A stretch of DNA of 63,977 nucleotides, filler included, from Candidatus Rokuibacteriota bacterium (GCA_031406795.1; 7 parts of 7 records of this genome joined end to end with filler, not necessarily neighbours in it), one strand, 5' to 3'; numbered from the whole stretch's first letter, positions 9,815 through 19,396 are shown. The notes: generated by a model from the sequence alone, not told the origin. Numbers and translations: made by a program.

Positions 9815-9998
9815 GCCGTCGCGGATTGTCGGGGGATCGCCGGCGCTTGTCAACCATCGCCGGACCCGCCCCGCGATTCCCGCGCCGTTGGAAATCCTCC
9901 CGCCTGATGTATACTTCCCGACAAATGTTCGTAACTGGCACCAGATCTTCGACCAGCACACTGAGACGGCATCGCGGGCCGCATCTCGCGTCGGAGTC

Positions 9999-10808
9999 AT
10001 GAGCGGGCAGAGCCCCCACGGCGCCGCGGACCCTCCGCCGGGAAGCGAGACGCCGACCCGAGACAGCCACGGGCGATGGGTGCGCCGTGCCGCCGAGGAG
10101 GGCGAAGCCCGGCCCGGAAAAACCGCGGTCCCGCGTTTCGTCATCGACGACCGGATCTTCGAGGCCACGGCGCCCGTCGCGGAAGAGCGCCCCCCGGATG
10201 AGGAGGGATTCGGACGCGGCATGTCCCGCCGGCTGCTCCTCGCCGGCGCCCTGCTGCTGGGCGCGGCTCTGTTCGCCTTCCAGCGCGGCTGGTTCACCGC
10301 CGGTCCGCCGGACGCGGTCGATCCGGAGCCTTCCCCCTCGGTCGTCGCGCCCGTGACGGTCCCCACCTTGCGCAAGCAGGCGATCCCCCGCCCGGCCAGG
10401 CCGGCCGTCACCGCCGCGGCGCCCCGCCCGGCTGCGGAGCCGATCGCTCCCGTGCCTGCTCCCGCGCCCGATCCCGCTCCTGCGCCCACGCTGGCGCCCG
10501 CACCGGCTCCGACGCCGGCTCCGGCGGCGACCGCAGTCGAGGTCGCCCCGTCCACCCCCTCCGCCCCGTCGCTGCCGAACGAAGAGGACTTGTTCAACCT
10601 GGCCGAGGAATACCTGCAGCTCGGCGACGACAAGAGCGCCGAGGCGCTCTATCGCCGCATCCTCGACGAGGGGAGCCAGCGGGGCCGGGCGGCCCTCGCA
10701 CTCGGCGACGTCTACTCACGGAAAAACGACTTCGCCCGCGCCCAGCAGTTCTATCGGGCGTCGAAACAATTTTTTCGGGACGAGAGCCGCACGGTGTCGC
10801 CGCCGTGA
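9999..10808 (+). CDS. Single-pass membrane protein with Pro/Ala linker and C-terminal TPR
   Basis: TM segment LLLAGALLLGAALFAF, PAPAP low-complexity linker, two TPR-like helix pairs. Confidence 0.7.
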   Translation: MSGQSPHGAADPPPGSETPTRDSHGRWVRRAAEEGEARPGKTAVPRFVIDDRIFEATAPVAEERPPDEEGFGRGMSRRLLLAGALLLGAALFAFQRGWFTAGPPDAVDPEPSPSVVAPVTVPTLRKQAIPRPARPAVTAAAPRPAAEPIAPVPAPAPDPAPAPTLAPAPAPTPAPAATAVEVAPSTPSAPSLPNEEDLFNLAEEYLQLGDDKSAEALYRRILDEGSQRGRAALALGDVYSRKNDFARAQQFYRASKQFFRDESRTVSPP

Positions 10809-10831
10809 GCGACCGGCGCGGCGGCTGACCC

Positions 10832-11668
10832 ATGCCGCATCCCTGGTTGCTGCCGCTTCTCGCCGGGCTCTTCGGCGCGATCATCGGCAGCTTTCTCAAC
10901 GTGGTGATCCACCGGCTGCCCGCCGGCGAGTCCATCGTCTTCCCGGGTTCGCACTGCCCGCGCTGCGACGCGCCGGTCCGCGCGTGGGACAACATCCCGG
11001 TCCTCGGCTGGATCGCGCTGCGCGGGCGCTGCCGCGACTGCCGCGAGCCGATCTCGACGCGCTACCCGCTCGTCGAGATGGCGAACGCGCTGCTCTGGGC
11101 GGCCCTGGCGCTGCGCTTCGGACCTGGGGTCCAGTTCTTCACGTCCGCCGCGCTGTGCTCCGCGCTGCTGGCGATCACGCTGATCGACGTCGACCACTGG
11201 ATCATCCCCGACGCGATCACGCTGCCCGGCATCCTCGTCGGCCTGGCGACGAGCTTCTTCCTGCCGCCGCGCGACAGCCTGCTCGCCGAATTCCTCCACC
11301 ATCGCCTGGGGCTCGGCCACCTACCCGGCCTTCTCGCGTCACCAGGGTTCTGGGACTCGCTCGCCGCGATGCTGCTCGGCGGCGGGTTGTTCTACCTCGT
11401 CGCCGTGCTGAGCCGCGGCGGCATGGGCGGCGGCGACATCAAACTCACCGCGATGATGGGCGCCTTCCTCGGCATGCGCGACCTCGGCGTCGCGGTCTTC
11501 GTCGGGTTGCTCGCGGGGTCGACGGTCGGGATCGCGCTGATGATCGCCGGCCGCAAGACACGCAAGGACGCGATCCCCTTCGGCCCCTTCCTCGCCCTCG
11601 GCGGAATCTGCGCGGTCTTCTGGGGACGCGCGCTCGTCGCCTGGTATCTGGACCTGCGGGGCTATTGA
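10832..11668 (+). CDS. pilD: Type IV prepilin peptidase/N-methyltransferase
   Basis: GSFLNVVIHRLP, CPRC and CRDC, IDVDH, MGGGDIKL, IPFGPFLA. Confidence 0.96.
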   Translation: MPHPWLLPLLAGLFGAIIGSFLNVVIHRLPAGESIVFPGSHCPRCDAPVRAWDNIPVLGWIALRGRCRDCREPISTRYPLVEMANALLWAALALRFGPGVQFFTSAALCSALLAITLIDVDHWIIPDAITLPGILVGLATSFFLPPRDSLLAEFLHHRLGLGHLPGLLASPGFWDSLAAMLLGGGLFYLVAVLSRGGMGGGDIKLTAMMGAFLGMRDLGVAVFVGLLAGSTVGIALMIAGRKTRKDAIPFGPFLALGGICAVFWGRALVAWYLDLRGY

Positions 11669-11702
11669 CGCTCGAGAAAACCATAAAGGGACACGGCGAT
11701 TC

Positions 11703-11779
11703 GTAGCGGCGGGGTTGACCCCGCCCGGGATGAAACGATCGGGCGAGCGCTGGAGGGAGGGGTTCAACCCCTCCCCTAT
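11703..11779. repeat. GTAG-type REP doublet (REPIN-like)
   Basis: GTAGCGGCGGGGTTGACCCCGCCC ... GGGAGGGGTTCAACCCCTCCCCTAT in inverted orientation. Confidence 0.75.
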
Positions 11780-11822
11780 GACGAACGGCAGGGGTGAGAA
11801 ACGGCCTGCCAAGGAGGGTGCA

Positions 11823-12191
11823 ATGTATTATTCTGCCATTACCGCGACGTTTTCCGCCGCCCACTCGCTGCGCAACTACCAGGGCAAGTGCGAGCGCCTG
11901 CACGGGCACAACTGGAAGATCGAGGTCATGACCGCCACCGAGACGCTCGACGAGGCGGGAATGGGCCTCGACTTCACCGTGCTGCGCGAGCGCCTGGGCG
12001 CCGTTCTCGCGCTGCTCGACCACCGCTTCCTGAACGATCTGGAACCATTCCAGGCCTGCAGCCCCTCCTCGGAACTGATCGCCCGCCACATCTTCGAGCA
12101 GCTCGAGCCGGCGGTGAATGACGCGCGCGTGCGGCTCGTCGCGGTCAAGGTCTGGGAGTCCGAGGGCTCGTGGGCGGAATTCCGGCCCTGA
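11823..12191 (+). CDS. queD: 6-carboxytetrahydropterin synthase
   Basis: FSAAHSL..CERLHGHNW, LDHRFLND, PSSELIA, VWES. Confidence 0.93.
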   Translation: MYYSAITATFSAAHSLRNYQGKCERLHGHNWKIEVMTATETLDEAGMGLDFTVLRERLGAVLALLDHRFLNDLEPFQACSPSSELIARHIFEQLEPAVNDARVRLVAVKVWESEGSWAEFRP

Positions 12192-13441
12192 TCGGCAAGC
12201 CGGCCGGGTCGCGACTCCGGGTCGTCGTCATCGGCGCCGGCCCGGCCGGCCTGATGGCCGCCGGCGAGGCGGCGGCAGGCGGCGCGGCGGTCACGCTGCT
12301 CGACGGCGAGAATCGCCCCGGGAAGAAACTCCTGCTCACCGGCAAGGGCCGCTGCAATCTCTCGAACACGCTGCCGCTCGAGCAGTTCCTCGCCGGGTTC
12401 GGCGCGAACGGCGTCTTCCTGCGCAACGCCTGCCACCGCTTCTTCTCGGAACAGCTGCGGGAGTTCTTCGCCGGGATCGGCGTCGAGACCGCACTCGAGC
12501 GCGGCGGGAGGATCTACCCGGCTCACGGGGGCGCCGCGGCGGTGCTCGAGGCGCTGCTCGCGTGGGTCGCCCGGCGCGGCGTGCGGGTGCTCACCGGGCG
12601 GCGCGTGATGCGCGTGACGGGCGAGCCCGACGGGGGCTTTCTGGTGGCCGGGGCGGACTTCGCGGAGCCCGCCGATCGCGTGGTGCTGGCCGTCGGCGGG
12701 GCTTCGTACCCGCACACCGGCTCGCGCGGCGACGGCTACCGGATCGCGGCGGCGCTCGGGCACCGCATCGTCGCGCCCCGCCCCGCGCTCGTGCCCGTGG
12801 TCTGCCGCGAACCCTTCTTCAAGCGTCTGGCGGGGCTGAAGCTGCGCAACGTCCGACTCGTGGCGCGGCCGGCCGGCCACCCGGCCCTCGAGTCCTTCGG
12901 CGAGGTCCACGCCACGCCCTTCGGGATCTCCGGACCGGCGGTCTTCCCGGTCAGCGCGGCCATCGGCGCGCTGGCGTCCGTCTCCCCCGTGCCGCTGCGG
13001 ATCGATCTCAAGCCGGCTCTGGATGCGACGACGCTCGAAGCGCGCGTGGAGCGCGAGATGAGCTCCCTGGCCAGCCGGAGTCTCGCGACGGCGCTCGCGA
13101 CCCTGCTGCCGCGGCAGTTGATCCCGGTCTTCCTCGAGGTCGCCGCGCTCGACGGTTCACTGGCCGCGGTGAAAGCCGGGCGCGCGGCGCGGCTGAAGAT
13201 CGCAGAACTGCTCCGGGCCTTCCCCTGCACCGCGGTCGGCACCCTGCCGATCGCGTACGGTATGGCCACCGCCGGCGGCGTCGATTTGCGCGAGGTGCAC
13301 CCGGTGACGATCGGCTCGCGGCTGGTCCCCGGGCTCTTCTTCGCCGGGGAGGTGCTCGACCTCGACGGTGACACCGGCGGGTACAACCTCCAGGCGGCCT
13401 TCACCACGGGGCACCTGGCGGGGAAGGCCGCCGCGTCGTGA
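12170..13441 (+). CDS. HI0933/BaiN-family NAD(P)/FAD-dependent oxidoreductase (start uncertain)
   Basis: GAGPAG, GKKLLLTGKGRCN, GGASYPHTGSRGDG, GEVLDLDGDTGGYNLQAAF. Confidence 0.92.
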   Translation: MGGIPALIGKPAGSRLRVVVIGAGPAGLMAAGEAAAGGAAVTLLDGENRPGKKLLLTGKGRCNLSNTLPLEQFLAGFGANGVFLRNACHRFFSEQLREFFAGIGVETALERGGRIYPAHGGAAAVLEALLAWVARRGVRVLTGRRVMRVTGEPDGGFLVAGADFAEPADRVVLAVGGASYPHTGSRGDGYRIAAALGHRIVAPRPALVPVVCREPFFKRLAGLKLRNVRLVARPAGHPALESFGEVHATPFGISGPAVFPVSAAIGALASVSPVPLRIDLKPALDATTLEARVEREMSSLASRSLATALATLLPRQLIPVFLEVAALDGSLAAVKAGRAARLKIAELLRAFPCTAVGTLPIAYGMATAGGVDLREVHPVTIGSRLVPGLFFAGEVLDLDGDTGGYNLQAAFTTGHLAGKAAAS

Positions 13442-14457
13442 TCGATCTCAAGCGGCTCACCCGCGACGAACTCGCCGGGTGTCTGGCCGCGATCGGCCAA
13501 CCGGCGTGGCAGGCCGACGAGGTGCGCCGCTTCCTCTTCGTCAAGGGCGTGAGCGACATCAAAGCGCTGACGACGCTGCCGAAGCCGGCGCGGGCGGCGC
13601 TCGCGCAGCACTGCGCGATCCTGACGCCGGAGGTGGCCGAGCGGCGCGCCGGCGCCGACGGGACCACCAAGCTGCTGCTGCGGTATCACGACGGCGCCGC
13701 GTGCGAGACCGTGCTGATGCCGGCGGGCGGGCGCCTGACCCAGTGCCTCTCGTCGCAGGCCGGCTGCCCCCTCGGCTGCGTCTTCTGCCGGACGGGGGAA
13801 CTCGGCCTGACGCGCAGCCTGCACTGGTCGGAGATCGTCGACCAGTGGCACGCCGCGCGCCGCGCGCTGCCGGCGGGCGCCGCGGTCACCAACCTGGTCT
13901 TCATGGGGATGGGCGAGCCGTTGCTCAATCGCGAGGCGCTGGCCGAGGCCGTGCGCTTTCTGACCTCGAGCGCCGGCGGCGGGATCGCCGCGTCGCGCGT
14001 GACGATTTCCACCGCGGGCATCGTCCCGGGGATCGACTGGCTCGGCGCGGAGCTGCCGCGGGTGAAACTCGCCGTTTCGCTCAACGCCCCGGAGGACGCG
14101 CTGCGCTCGCGGCTGATGCCGGTCAACCGCAAGTACCCGCTGAGCGAGCTGGTCGCGGCGCTGCGCCGCTACCCGACCGGACGGCGGCCGATCACGATCG
14201 AGTACGTGCTGCTCGGCGGGGTCAACGACACGCCGATTCTCGCCGACGCGCTGGCCCGCCTGCTGCGGCGGGTGCACTGCAAGATCAACCTGATTCCGTT
14301 CAACCCCCACTCGGGGCTGCCGTACACCGCGCCGTCGGCCGCAGCCGTGCTGGCTTTCCAGAAGCGGCTCAGATCCGCGGGCTTCACCGTTCTCGTCCGT
14401 CAGAGTCAGGGGGCCGAGATCGGGGCGGCCTGCGGCCAGCTCGGGGCAGGCAGCTGA
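13438..14457 (+). CDS. rlmN: Dual-specificity 23S rRNA/tRNA m2A methyltransferase
   Basis: CLSSQAGCPLGCVFC, FMGMGEP, INLIPFN, AACGQL. Confidence 0.93.
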   Translation: MIDLKRLTRDELAGCLAAIGQPAWQADEVRRFLFVKGVSDIKALTTLPKPARAALAQHCAILTPEVAERRAGADGTTKLLLRYHDGAACETVLMPAGGRLTQCLSSQAGCPLGCVFCRTGELGLTRSLHWSEIVDQWHAARRALPAGAAVTNLVFMGMGEPLLNREALAEAVRFLTSSAGGGIAASRVTISTAGIVPGIDWLGAELPRVKLAVSLNAPEDALRSRLMPVNRKYPLSELVAALRRYPTGRRPITIEYVLLGGVNDTPILADALARLLRRVHCKINLIPFNPHSGLPYTAPSAAAVLAFQKRLRSAGFTVLVRQSQGAEIGAACGQLGAGS

Positions 14458-14482
14458 GGAAAGCTTGCCCGTTTCGCGTTTC

Positions 14483-16264
14483 TCAGCGCCTCGCCACGGG
14501 CTTGCCAGGCTTGCCAGGCTTGGCGGGCTTGGCGGGCTTCATCTCGGGAAACCAGAGCCGGACGCAGGCCCCGCGGCCGGGAAGGTTCTCCGCGGCGATG
14601 CGCCCGCGGTGCGCCGCGACCACCTGGCTGGTGATCGACAGACCGAGCCCGGTCCCGGTCTCCTTGGTCGTGAAGAACGGCTCGAAGATCTTCCCGAGCA
14701 GGTGGGCGGGAATGCCCGGACCGCTGTCGGCGATGCCGACCTCCAGACCCCGGGACCCGCCGCGGACGCGGCGGTCCAGCCGGACGGTGAGCGTGCCGTC
14801 CGCCCCGATCGACTGGGAGGCGTTCATGATGATGTTCAACAGCGCCTGCTGGATCTGCGCGGGGTCCCCCACCATCCACAGCGGCGCCGTCGGCACGGCG
14901 ACCACGAGATCGATGCGCTTCTCCTGCAGCGTCTTGTCGACGAAGGCGAGCATCTGGGAGACCAGGTCGCCGAGGTCGATGGGACGTGTCAGCAGCGGCT
15001 GGTCCTTAGCGAGGATTCCCATTCGTCCGATGATCGCCTCCATCCGCTCCATGTGGTCGATGGTGACCTGAATCCGCCGGTGGAACTCCGCGGGCGTCTT
15101 TTCGAGGAGCCACTCCATGTTGGCGTACATCACGGTCAGCGGGTTCTTCAGCTCGTGCGCGACGTTCGCCGAGATCTCTCCCAGCGAGACGAGCCGGTCG
15201 ATGCGGCGCATCTCGTTGCCGAGCCGCTGATTGTCGGTGATGTCCCGGAAGAGCAGGATCCAGGAGATCCCGGCGCGGGACCGCCGCAGCGGGGTCACCG
15301 AATAGCCGATGCTCTTGCTCTCGCCGTTGCCGATGACGACCGTCGCCTGCGCGCGCGTGATGTGCACGCTGCGACGGCCGAGGCGTCCCAGCAGCGCGGC
15401 GACGAAGTCCGCGCCGAAGAGTTCGGCGAGGTGGCGCCCCTCGACGGGCGCGTCGCCAAGCTGCAGGACCGCTCGCGCCGGGGGGTTCGCGGTGATCACC
15501 CGTCCCGCGCTGTCGAACGTCACGAGGCTGCTGGCCAGGCTGGCGATGACCTGCTCGCTGTAGCGCCGCAGCTCGCGGACCTCGGTCAGGGAACGGCGCA
15601 GGGCGCGGTTGGCCTCGTTGAGCTCGCGCGTCCTCGTGCGCACCGTGGATTCCAGCGCGCGGCCGGCCGCCGCCAGCTTCCGGGTCAGGCTCATCCGGTC
15701 GAGCGCGAGCGAGACGGCCTCGGCGATCGGCAGGAACCACTCCATGTCCGCCGGGGTGCAGCAGCGGGCCCCGGCCGGCGGCGCGAGCACGAGCAGACCG
15801 AGCACGCGGTCGCGGACCACCAGCGGCAGCGCGAGCAGCGACCCCGTCCGCGCGGGCAGCAGCGGGCGCAGGCGCGAGCGGCGCCAGCGGGGGTCACGCG
15901 CGAGATCCGGCGCCACCAGCGGCCGCCCCGCCGCGCACAGCGGTGCGATCAAGGGCTCGTCGGACGCCACCCCCGCCGAGCGCGAGGCGCCGCGGGGGAC
16001 GCCGCGTCCCGCCTTGAGGAAGAAGACGTTCTCGCCTTCCTCCCGCAGCAGCAGCAGCACCACCGAACCGGTATCGAGGCTGCCGGCGAGCAGCTCGACG
16101 AACTTCTCGAGAATCCGGGGCAGCGTGAGCGGCGCCGCGAAGAGCCGCGAAGTCTCGGTGAGCAGGTGCAGCTGGATCGCCGCCGACGCCGACCAGGCGA
16201 CGGCGCCGGCTCCGCTTGCGCCCTCCTTGCCGGCCGGCGGGCTAGCGGAGCGGGATTTCGCCAC
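14483..16264 (-). CDS. Cytoplasmic GAF-PAS sensor histidine kinase
   Basis: GAF, coiled coil, PAS (FRDIT), H-box AHELKNPL, N/G boxes DSGPGI, FFTTK.TGTGLGL; GTG start 16264 inferred. Confidence 0.9.
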   Translation of the reverse strand: MAKSRSASPPAGKEGASGAGAVAWSASAAIQLHLLTETSRLFAAPLTLPRILEKFVELLAGSLDTGSVVLLLLREEGENVFFLKAGRGVPRGASRSAGVASDEPLIAPLCAAGRPLVAPDLARDPRWRRSRLRPLLPARTGSLLALPLVVRDRVLGLLVLAPPAGARCCTPADMEWFLPIAEAVSLALDRMSLTRKLAAAGRALESTVRTRTRELNEANRALRRSLTEVRELRRYSEQVIASLASSLVTFDSAGRVITANPPARAVLQLGDAPVEGRHLAELFGADFVAALLGRLGRRSVHITRAQATVVIGNGESKSIGYSVTPLRRSRAGISWILLFRDITDNQRLGNEMRRIDRLVSLGEISANVAHELKNPLTVMYANMEWLLEKTPAEFHRRIQVTIDHMERMEAIIGRMGILAKDQPLLTRPIDLGDLVSQMLAFVDKTLQEKRIDLVVAVPTAPLWMVGDPAQIQQALLNIIMNASQSIGADGTLTVRLDRRVRGGSRGLEVGIADSGPGIPAHLLGKIFEPFFTTKETGTGLGLSITSQVVAAHRGRIAAENLPGRGACVRLWFPEMKPAKPAKPGKPGKPVARR

Positions 16265-17645
16265 GTGCCGCGACCATGTCGATGACCGGGATCTTCGGCG
16301 CGCCGGCACCGAGCAGCAGGTTCGCCAGCCCCTGGTCGAAGGAGCGGTAGCGCAGGGTCGCCGTCACCGTGAGCCGCCCCTTCGCGTCCACCGGCAGCGC
16401 GAAGCCGTACGAAGGCGCCGCCTCGCCCTTGGGCGGAATCGAGGTGTTCGACTCGAAGTGCACGATCTCCCAGGGCTTGACGGTGTGGCGGCCGTCCTTG
16501 TCGATGGCCACCGCGTGGAACATTACCGCATCCGGGTCGACGGCCCCGGCGCCGTCCAGGGCGCCGCTGTGGAAGACCTCTTTGCCGTCGAGCTGCGCGA
16601 CCACCTCGAGCCAGAGCTGACGCACGTCGGTCAGACTCGTCGGCAGATTGTGCCCGGCCGTTTCGTTGCGCACCCTGACCTGGAACGCGACGGCGCTTCC
16701 CGGCGCGACCTGCGCCGGAAGCTCCAGCGCGATCGACGCCGCGTTCTGCAGGCGCTTCACGGCGATCGCGGCGTGGTTCTTGGCCCCGAGCAGCGCGGTG
16801 ACGACGGCGTTGGCGCCGACGAACTCGTGCGTGTGCATGTGCTCGCGCCTGGGCCCGGTGATGCTGGGCTGCCCGGGGTTGAGCTGCTTCACGAGGGTCC
16901 GGGCGGCCTCGATCGCCTTCTCGACCGGCATCATGTGGCAATCCTGGCACTGGATGCCGGCCTTCGCATAGACCGAGTTCTTCCACTCGCGGTAGGTGTC
17001 CTCGATCGGGAAATTGTTCGAGGGGTGAAAGACGTTGTGGCAGTTGGCGCAGAACTCGCTCTTCGTGTGCAGCTCGGAGTACTCCGAGTCGTGGTACGCG
17101 GAGTCCGAGTCCTTGTACGGGCCGCGCTTGACGTCGCCCGGGTCCACGATGATCGAGGCGTTCTGCGGCTCGCCCGTCGGCGTCTCGTGGGCGCGCGAGC
17201 CCTTGATCGTGTGGCAGAGGTCGCAGATCACGCCCTTCTTCGCGATGTCGCTCGCCTGGAAGACCCCGTCGGCTCCGAGCCGGATTTCGCCGGAGACCGT
17301 GCCGATCGCCGTGTGGCACCCCGCGCAGAGCTTTTCGACCGCCCCGTTCGTCTCTCTGACGCCGATCCGCCACAGCGCCTGGAAGACCGGGTCGACGAAG
17401 GCGTTCGAATGCATCGAGCCGTTCCACTGCTTGAAGATGTCCGGGTGGCAGGCCATGCAGACCGCGGGGTCCTCGAATTCCGACGAGGCCACCTGCCGGC
17501 CATCCGCGGTGGTGAGCAACGAGGGATAGAAGGGGAACGTCGCGCGGACCCGTTCCCGCTCGCGCGATTCCGCCTCCCGCTCCTTCTCGTCGGCGCGGGC
17601 GGAAGCGGAACCGAGCATCACGATCAGCACAAGGACCAGGCGCAT
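16242..17645 (-). CDS. Exported pentaheme cytochrome c (cytochrome c554/c-prime-like N-terminus, beta-sandwich C-terminus)
   Basis: Signal peptide; CMACH, CAGCH, CDLCH, CANCH, CQDCH; WNGSMH and AGHNLPT motifs. Confidence 0.9.
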   Translation of the reverse strand: MRLVLVLIVMLGSASARADEKEREAESRERERVRATFPFYPSLLTTADGRQVASSEFEDPAVCMACHPDIFKQWNGSMHSNAFVDPVFQALWRIGVRETNGAVEKLCAGCHTAIGTVSGEIRLGADGVFQASDIAKKGVICDLCHTIKGSRAHETPTGEPQNASIIVDPGDVKRGPYKDSDSAYHDSEYSELHTKSEFCANCHNVFHPSNNFPIEDTYREWKNSVYAKAGIQCQDCHMMPVEKAIEAARTLVKQLNPGQPSITGPRREHMHTHEFVGANAVVTALLGAKNHAAIAVKRLQNAASIALELPAQVAPGSAVAFQVRVRNETAGHNLPTSLTDVRQLWLEVVAQLDGKEVFHSGALDGAGAVDPDAVMFHAVAIDKDGRHTVKPWEIVHFESNTSIPPKGEAAPSYGFALPVDAKGRLTVTATLRYRSFDQGLANLLLGAGAPKIPVIDMVAARGEIPLR

Positions 17646-17799
17646 GATCACCTTCAAGGCATTTCCTCCGTCATGTCCGGCCATCGCCCGGAGGGCGCGG
17701 CGCACTGTCTGCTCACTCGTCAATTAACCCCAGTTGCCGGGGGAAGTCAACCGGCCGCGCCGTTGTGTCGGCCCGCGACTCCCGCTATCATCGGGCCGC

Positions 17800-18819
17800 A
17801 TGCCTGGACTGGCGTTTCTCGGCCGGATCGGCCTGTTCCGCGAGAGCCTCGCGGAGCACGGCACGGTGCTGGCCGACTACTGGGCCAAGGCCCACGCGGT
17901 GCTCGCGGGCTCGGGGGTGGCGCTCGCCCCGCTGCCCCGGGCCTGGACGACGCTGCGGCACAATCACTTCTCGGTGCTCTTCATCGCCGTGTTCCGACTG
18001 CTCGACATCCCGGCCCCACGCCGGTTGCTGTACGCCCGGATCAACCACTGCCTGCGCGCCTGGGTCACGGCCTGCGACAACCTGCTCGACGGCGAATCGC
18101 GCGAGACGCTGCTGACCGACCTGCCGGCCGGGGCGGCCGTCTTCAAATCGGCGCACACGCTGCTCGTCGTCGACCGGGTCTTCTTCCTGATGCTGCGCGA
18201 GGCCGAACGCGACGGCGTGATCACGCCGGCGGAGGCCGAGCGGCTGATCGGCGTGAGTCTCGGGGCACTCAGCGCCAGCGGGCGCCAGGAGGCGGAGGAG
18301 GAGCACGGCGTCGCCGGGCGGCTGCGCCCGGCGCGGGTCCTGCGGGAGGTTCACGGCCGCAAGGCAGGACTGCTCTTCACCGCGCCGCTCGCCGCTCCCC
18401 GGGCGCTGGGCGACGCCGGCACGGGCCGGCGGTTCGCCGACCTCGCGCGCGGGCTGCACCGTTTCGGGCTGGGCGTGCAGATCCTCGACGACCTCACTGA
18501 TCTCGGGCAGGACCTGGCCGGACGGCGCCAGAACTTCTTTGCCTCGGTGATCGCCCACGGCGCGGATGCCGGCGAGAAGGCCCGGCTCGAAACGCTCGAG
18601 GGCGACGAGGCCGTGCGCGCGAACGAGCTGCTCTGGAGGCAATTCCCCCGGGGCCTCGCCCGGACCCAGGCCGAATGTCTCGCGCAGTTCCGCTCCGGGA
18701 TCGACCTGCTCTGCCGCGGCGGGCTGCCGTTGAGCCGCACGGAGCGCGTGGCGCTCGCCGCCGGACTGGCCGCGGTGGTGCGCCACCCCCCCCTGGCCAC
18801 GCGCCTCAGGGCCCGGTAG
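17800..18819 (+). CDS. Class I isoprenoid-synthase-fold protein
   Basis: All-helical; ACDNLLD and QILDDLTD aspartate-rich motifs, K.G.LF before the second motif. Confidence 0.65.
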   Translation: MPGLAFLGRIGLFRESLAEHGTVLADYWAKAHAVLAGSGVALAPLPRAWTTLRHNHFSVLFIAVFRLLDIPAPRRLLYARINHCLRAWVTACDNLLDGESRETLLTDLPAGAAVFKSAHTLLVVDRVFFLMLREAERDGVITPAEAERLIGVSLGALSASGRQEAEEEHGVAGRLRPARVLREVHGRKAGLLFTAPLAAPRALGDAGTGRRFADLARGLHRFGLGVQILDDLTDLGQDLAGRRQNFFASVIAHGADAGEKARLETLEGDEAVRANELLWRQFPRGLARTQAECLAQFRSGIDLLCRGGLPLSRTERVALAAGLAAVVRHPPLATRLRAR

Positions 18820-18936
18820 CAGGCCGCTGATAAAGACCCATCTGCGGCATTGTCCTTCTCCCCGCTCCCTGTGCGGCGGGCACGAGCCCGCCTCAGTCGC
18901 TGGGTCGTCGTCCGCCTTGCACCTGGGCCTTTCTAA

Positions 18937-19122
18937 CACTACAGCGAATCTTTCCTGTGTTACCCCAGACCGTTAATTTTCGTAGGGGAGAGGGTTTATC
19001 CCCTCCCGCCCGTTTGCGGTGAACTGTCCTCAACTCGGGCGGGGATGAACCCCGCCCCTACGAACCGTTGTGCGTTTATCGCAATATTCTCAATGTGATA
19101 TTCACAAAGGTTCGCTTTAGTG
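18937..19122. mobile_element. 186-bp non-autonomous element (IS701-like ends) carrying a REP doublet
   Basis: TIRs CACTACAGCGAATCTTT / AAAGGTTCGCTTTAGTG (15/17); CTAA duplicated at 18933-18936 and 19123-19126. Confidence 0.75.
18982..19061. repeat. GTAG-type REP doublet inside the MITE
   Basis: GTAGGGGAGAGGGTTTATCCCCTCCC ... GGGCGGGGATGAACCCCGCCCCTAC. Confidence 0.8.
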
Positions 19123-19219
19123 CTAAGCGGCCTGCCGTCCTAGCCCAGCGAAGCGAGGGCAACGAACATGATCAACCCGGCAGTTATTCTTCAGGCACGT
19201 GCTGCCCGGGTCGATCGGG

Positions 19220-19296
19220 AGCGTCCTGACGCGTCCCGGCAAGGCAGCGCCGAGCGCGCGCGGAGGCGCACTCGTGTGCGCCGCACAAGCGACGCG
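19220..19296 (+). repeat. Family A-related repeat, partial at contig end
   Basis: GGCAAGGC...GAGGCGCAC-TCGT-GTGCGCCGCA core. Confidence 0.55.
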
Positions 19297-19396
19297 NNNN
19301 NNNNNNNNNNNNNNNNNNNNNNNNNNNNNNNNNNNNNNNNTTAATTAATTAANNNNNNNNNNNNNNNNNNNNNNNNNNNNNNNNNNNNNNNNNNNN
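19297..19396. other. Artificial contig linker
   Basis: N-run + TTAATTAATTAA + N-run, 100 nt. Confidence 0.99.

Larger units (their letters stand above)
18820..19134 (-). repeat. Family A repeat copy 2, interrupted by a nested MITE
   Basis: Ends CAGGCCGCTGATAAAGACCCA and TGGGCCTTTCTAA//GCGGCCTG; core TGCAAGG..TGAGGCGGGC-TCGT-GCCCGCCGCA on minus strand. Confidence 0.75.

Noticed and set aside
10420-10530. Pro-Ala repeat DNA
   Set aside because: Ordinary low-complexity linker within a membrane TPR protein
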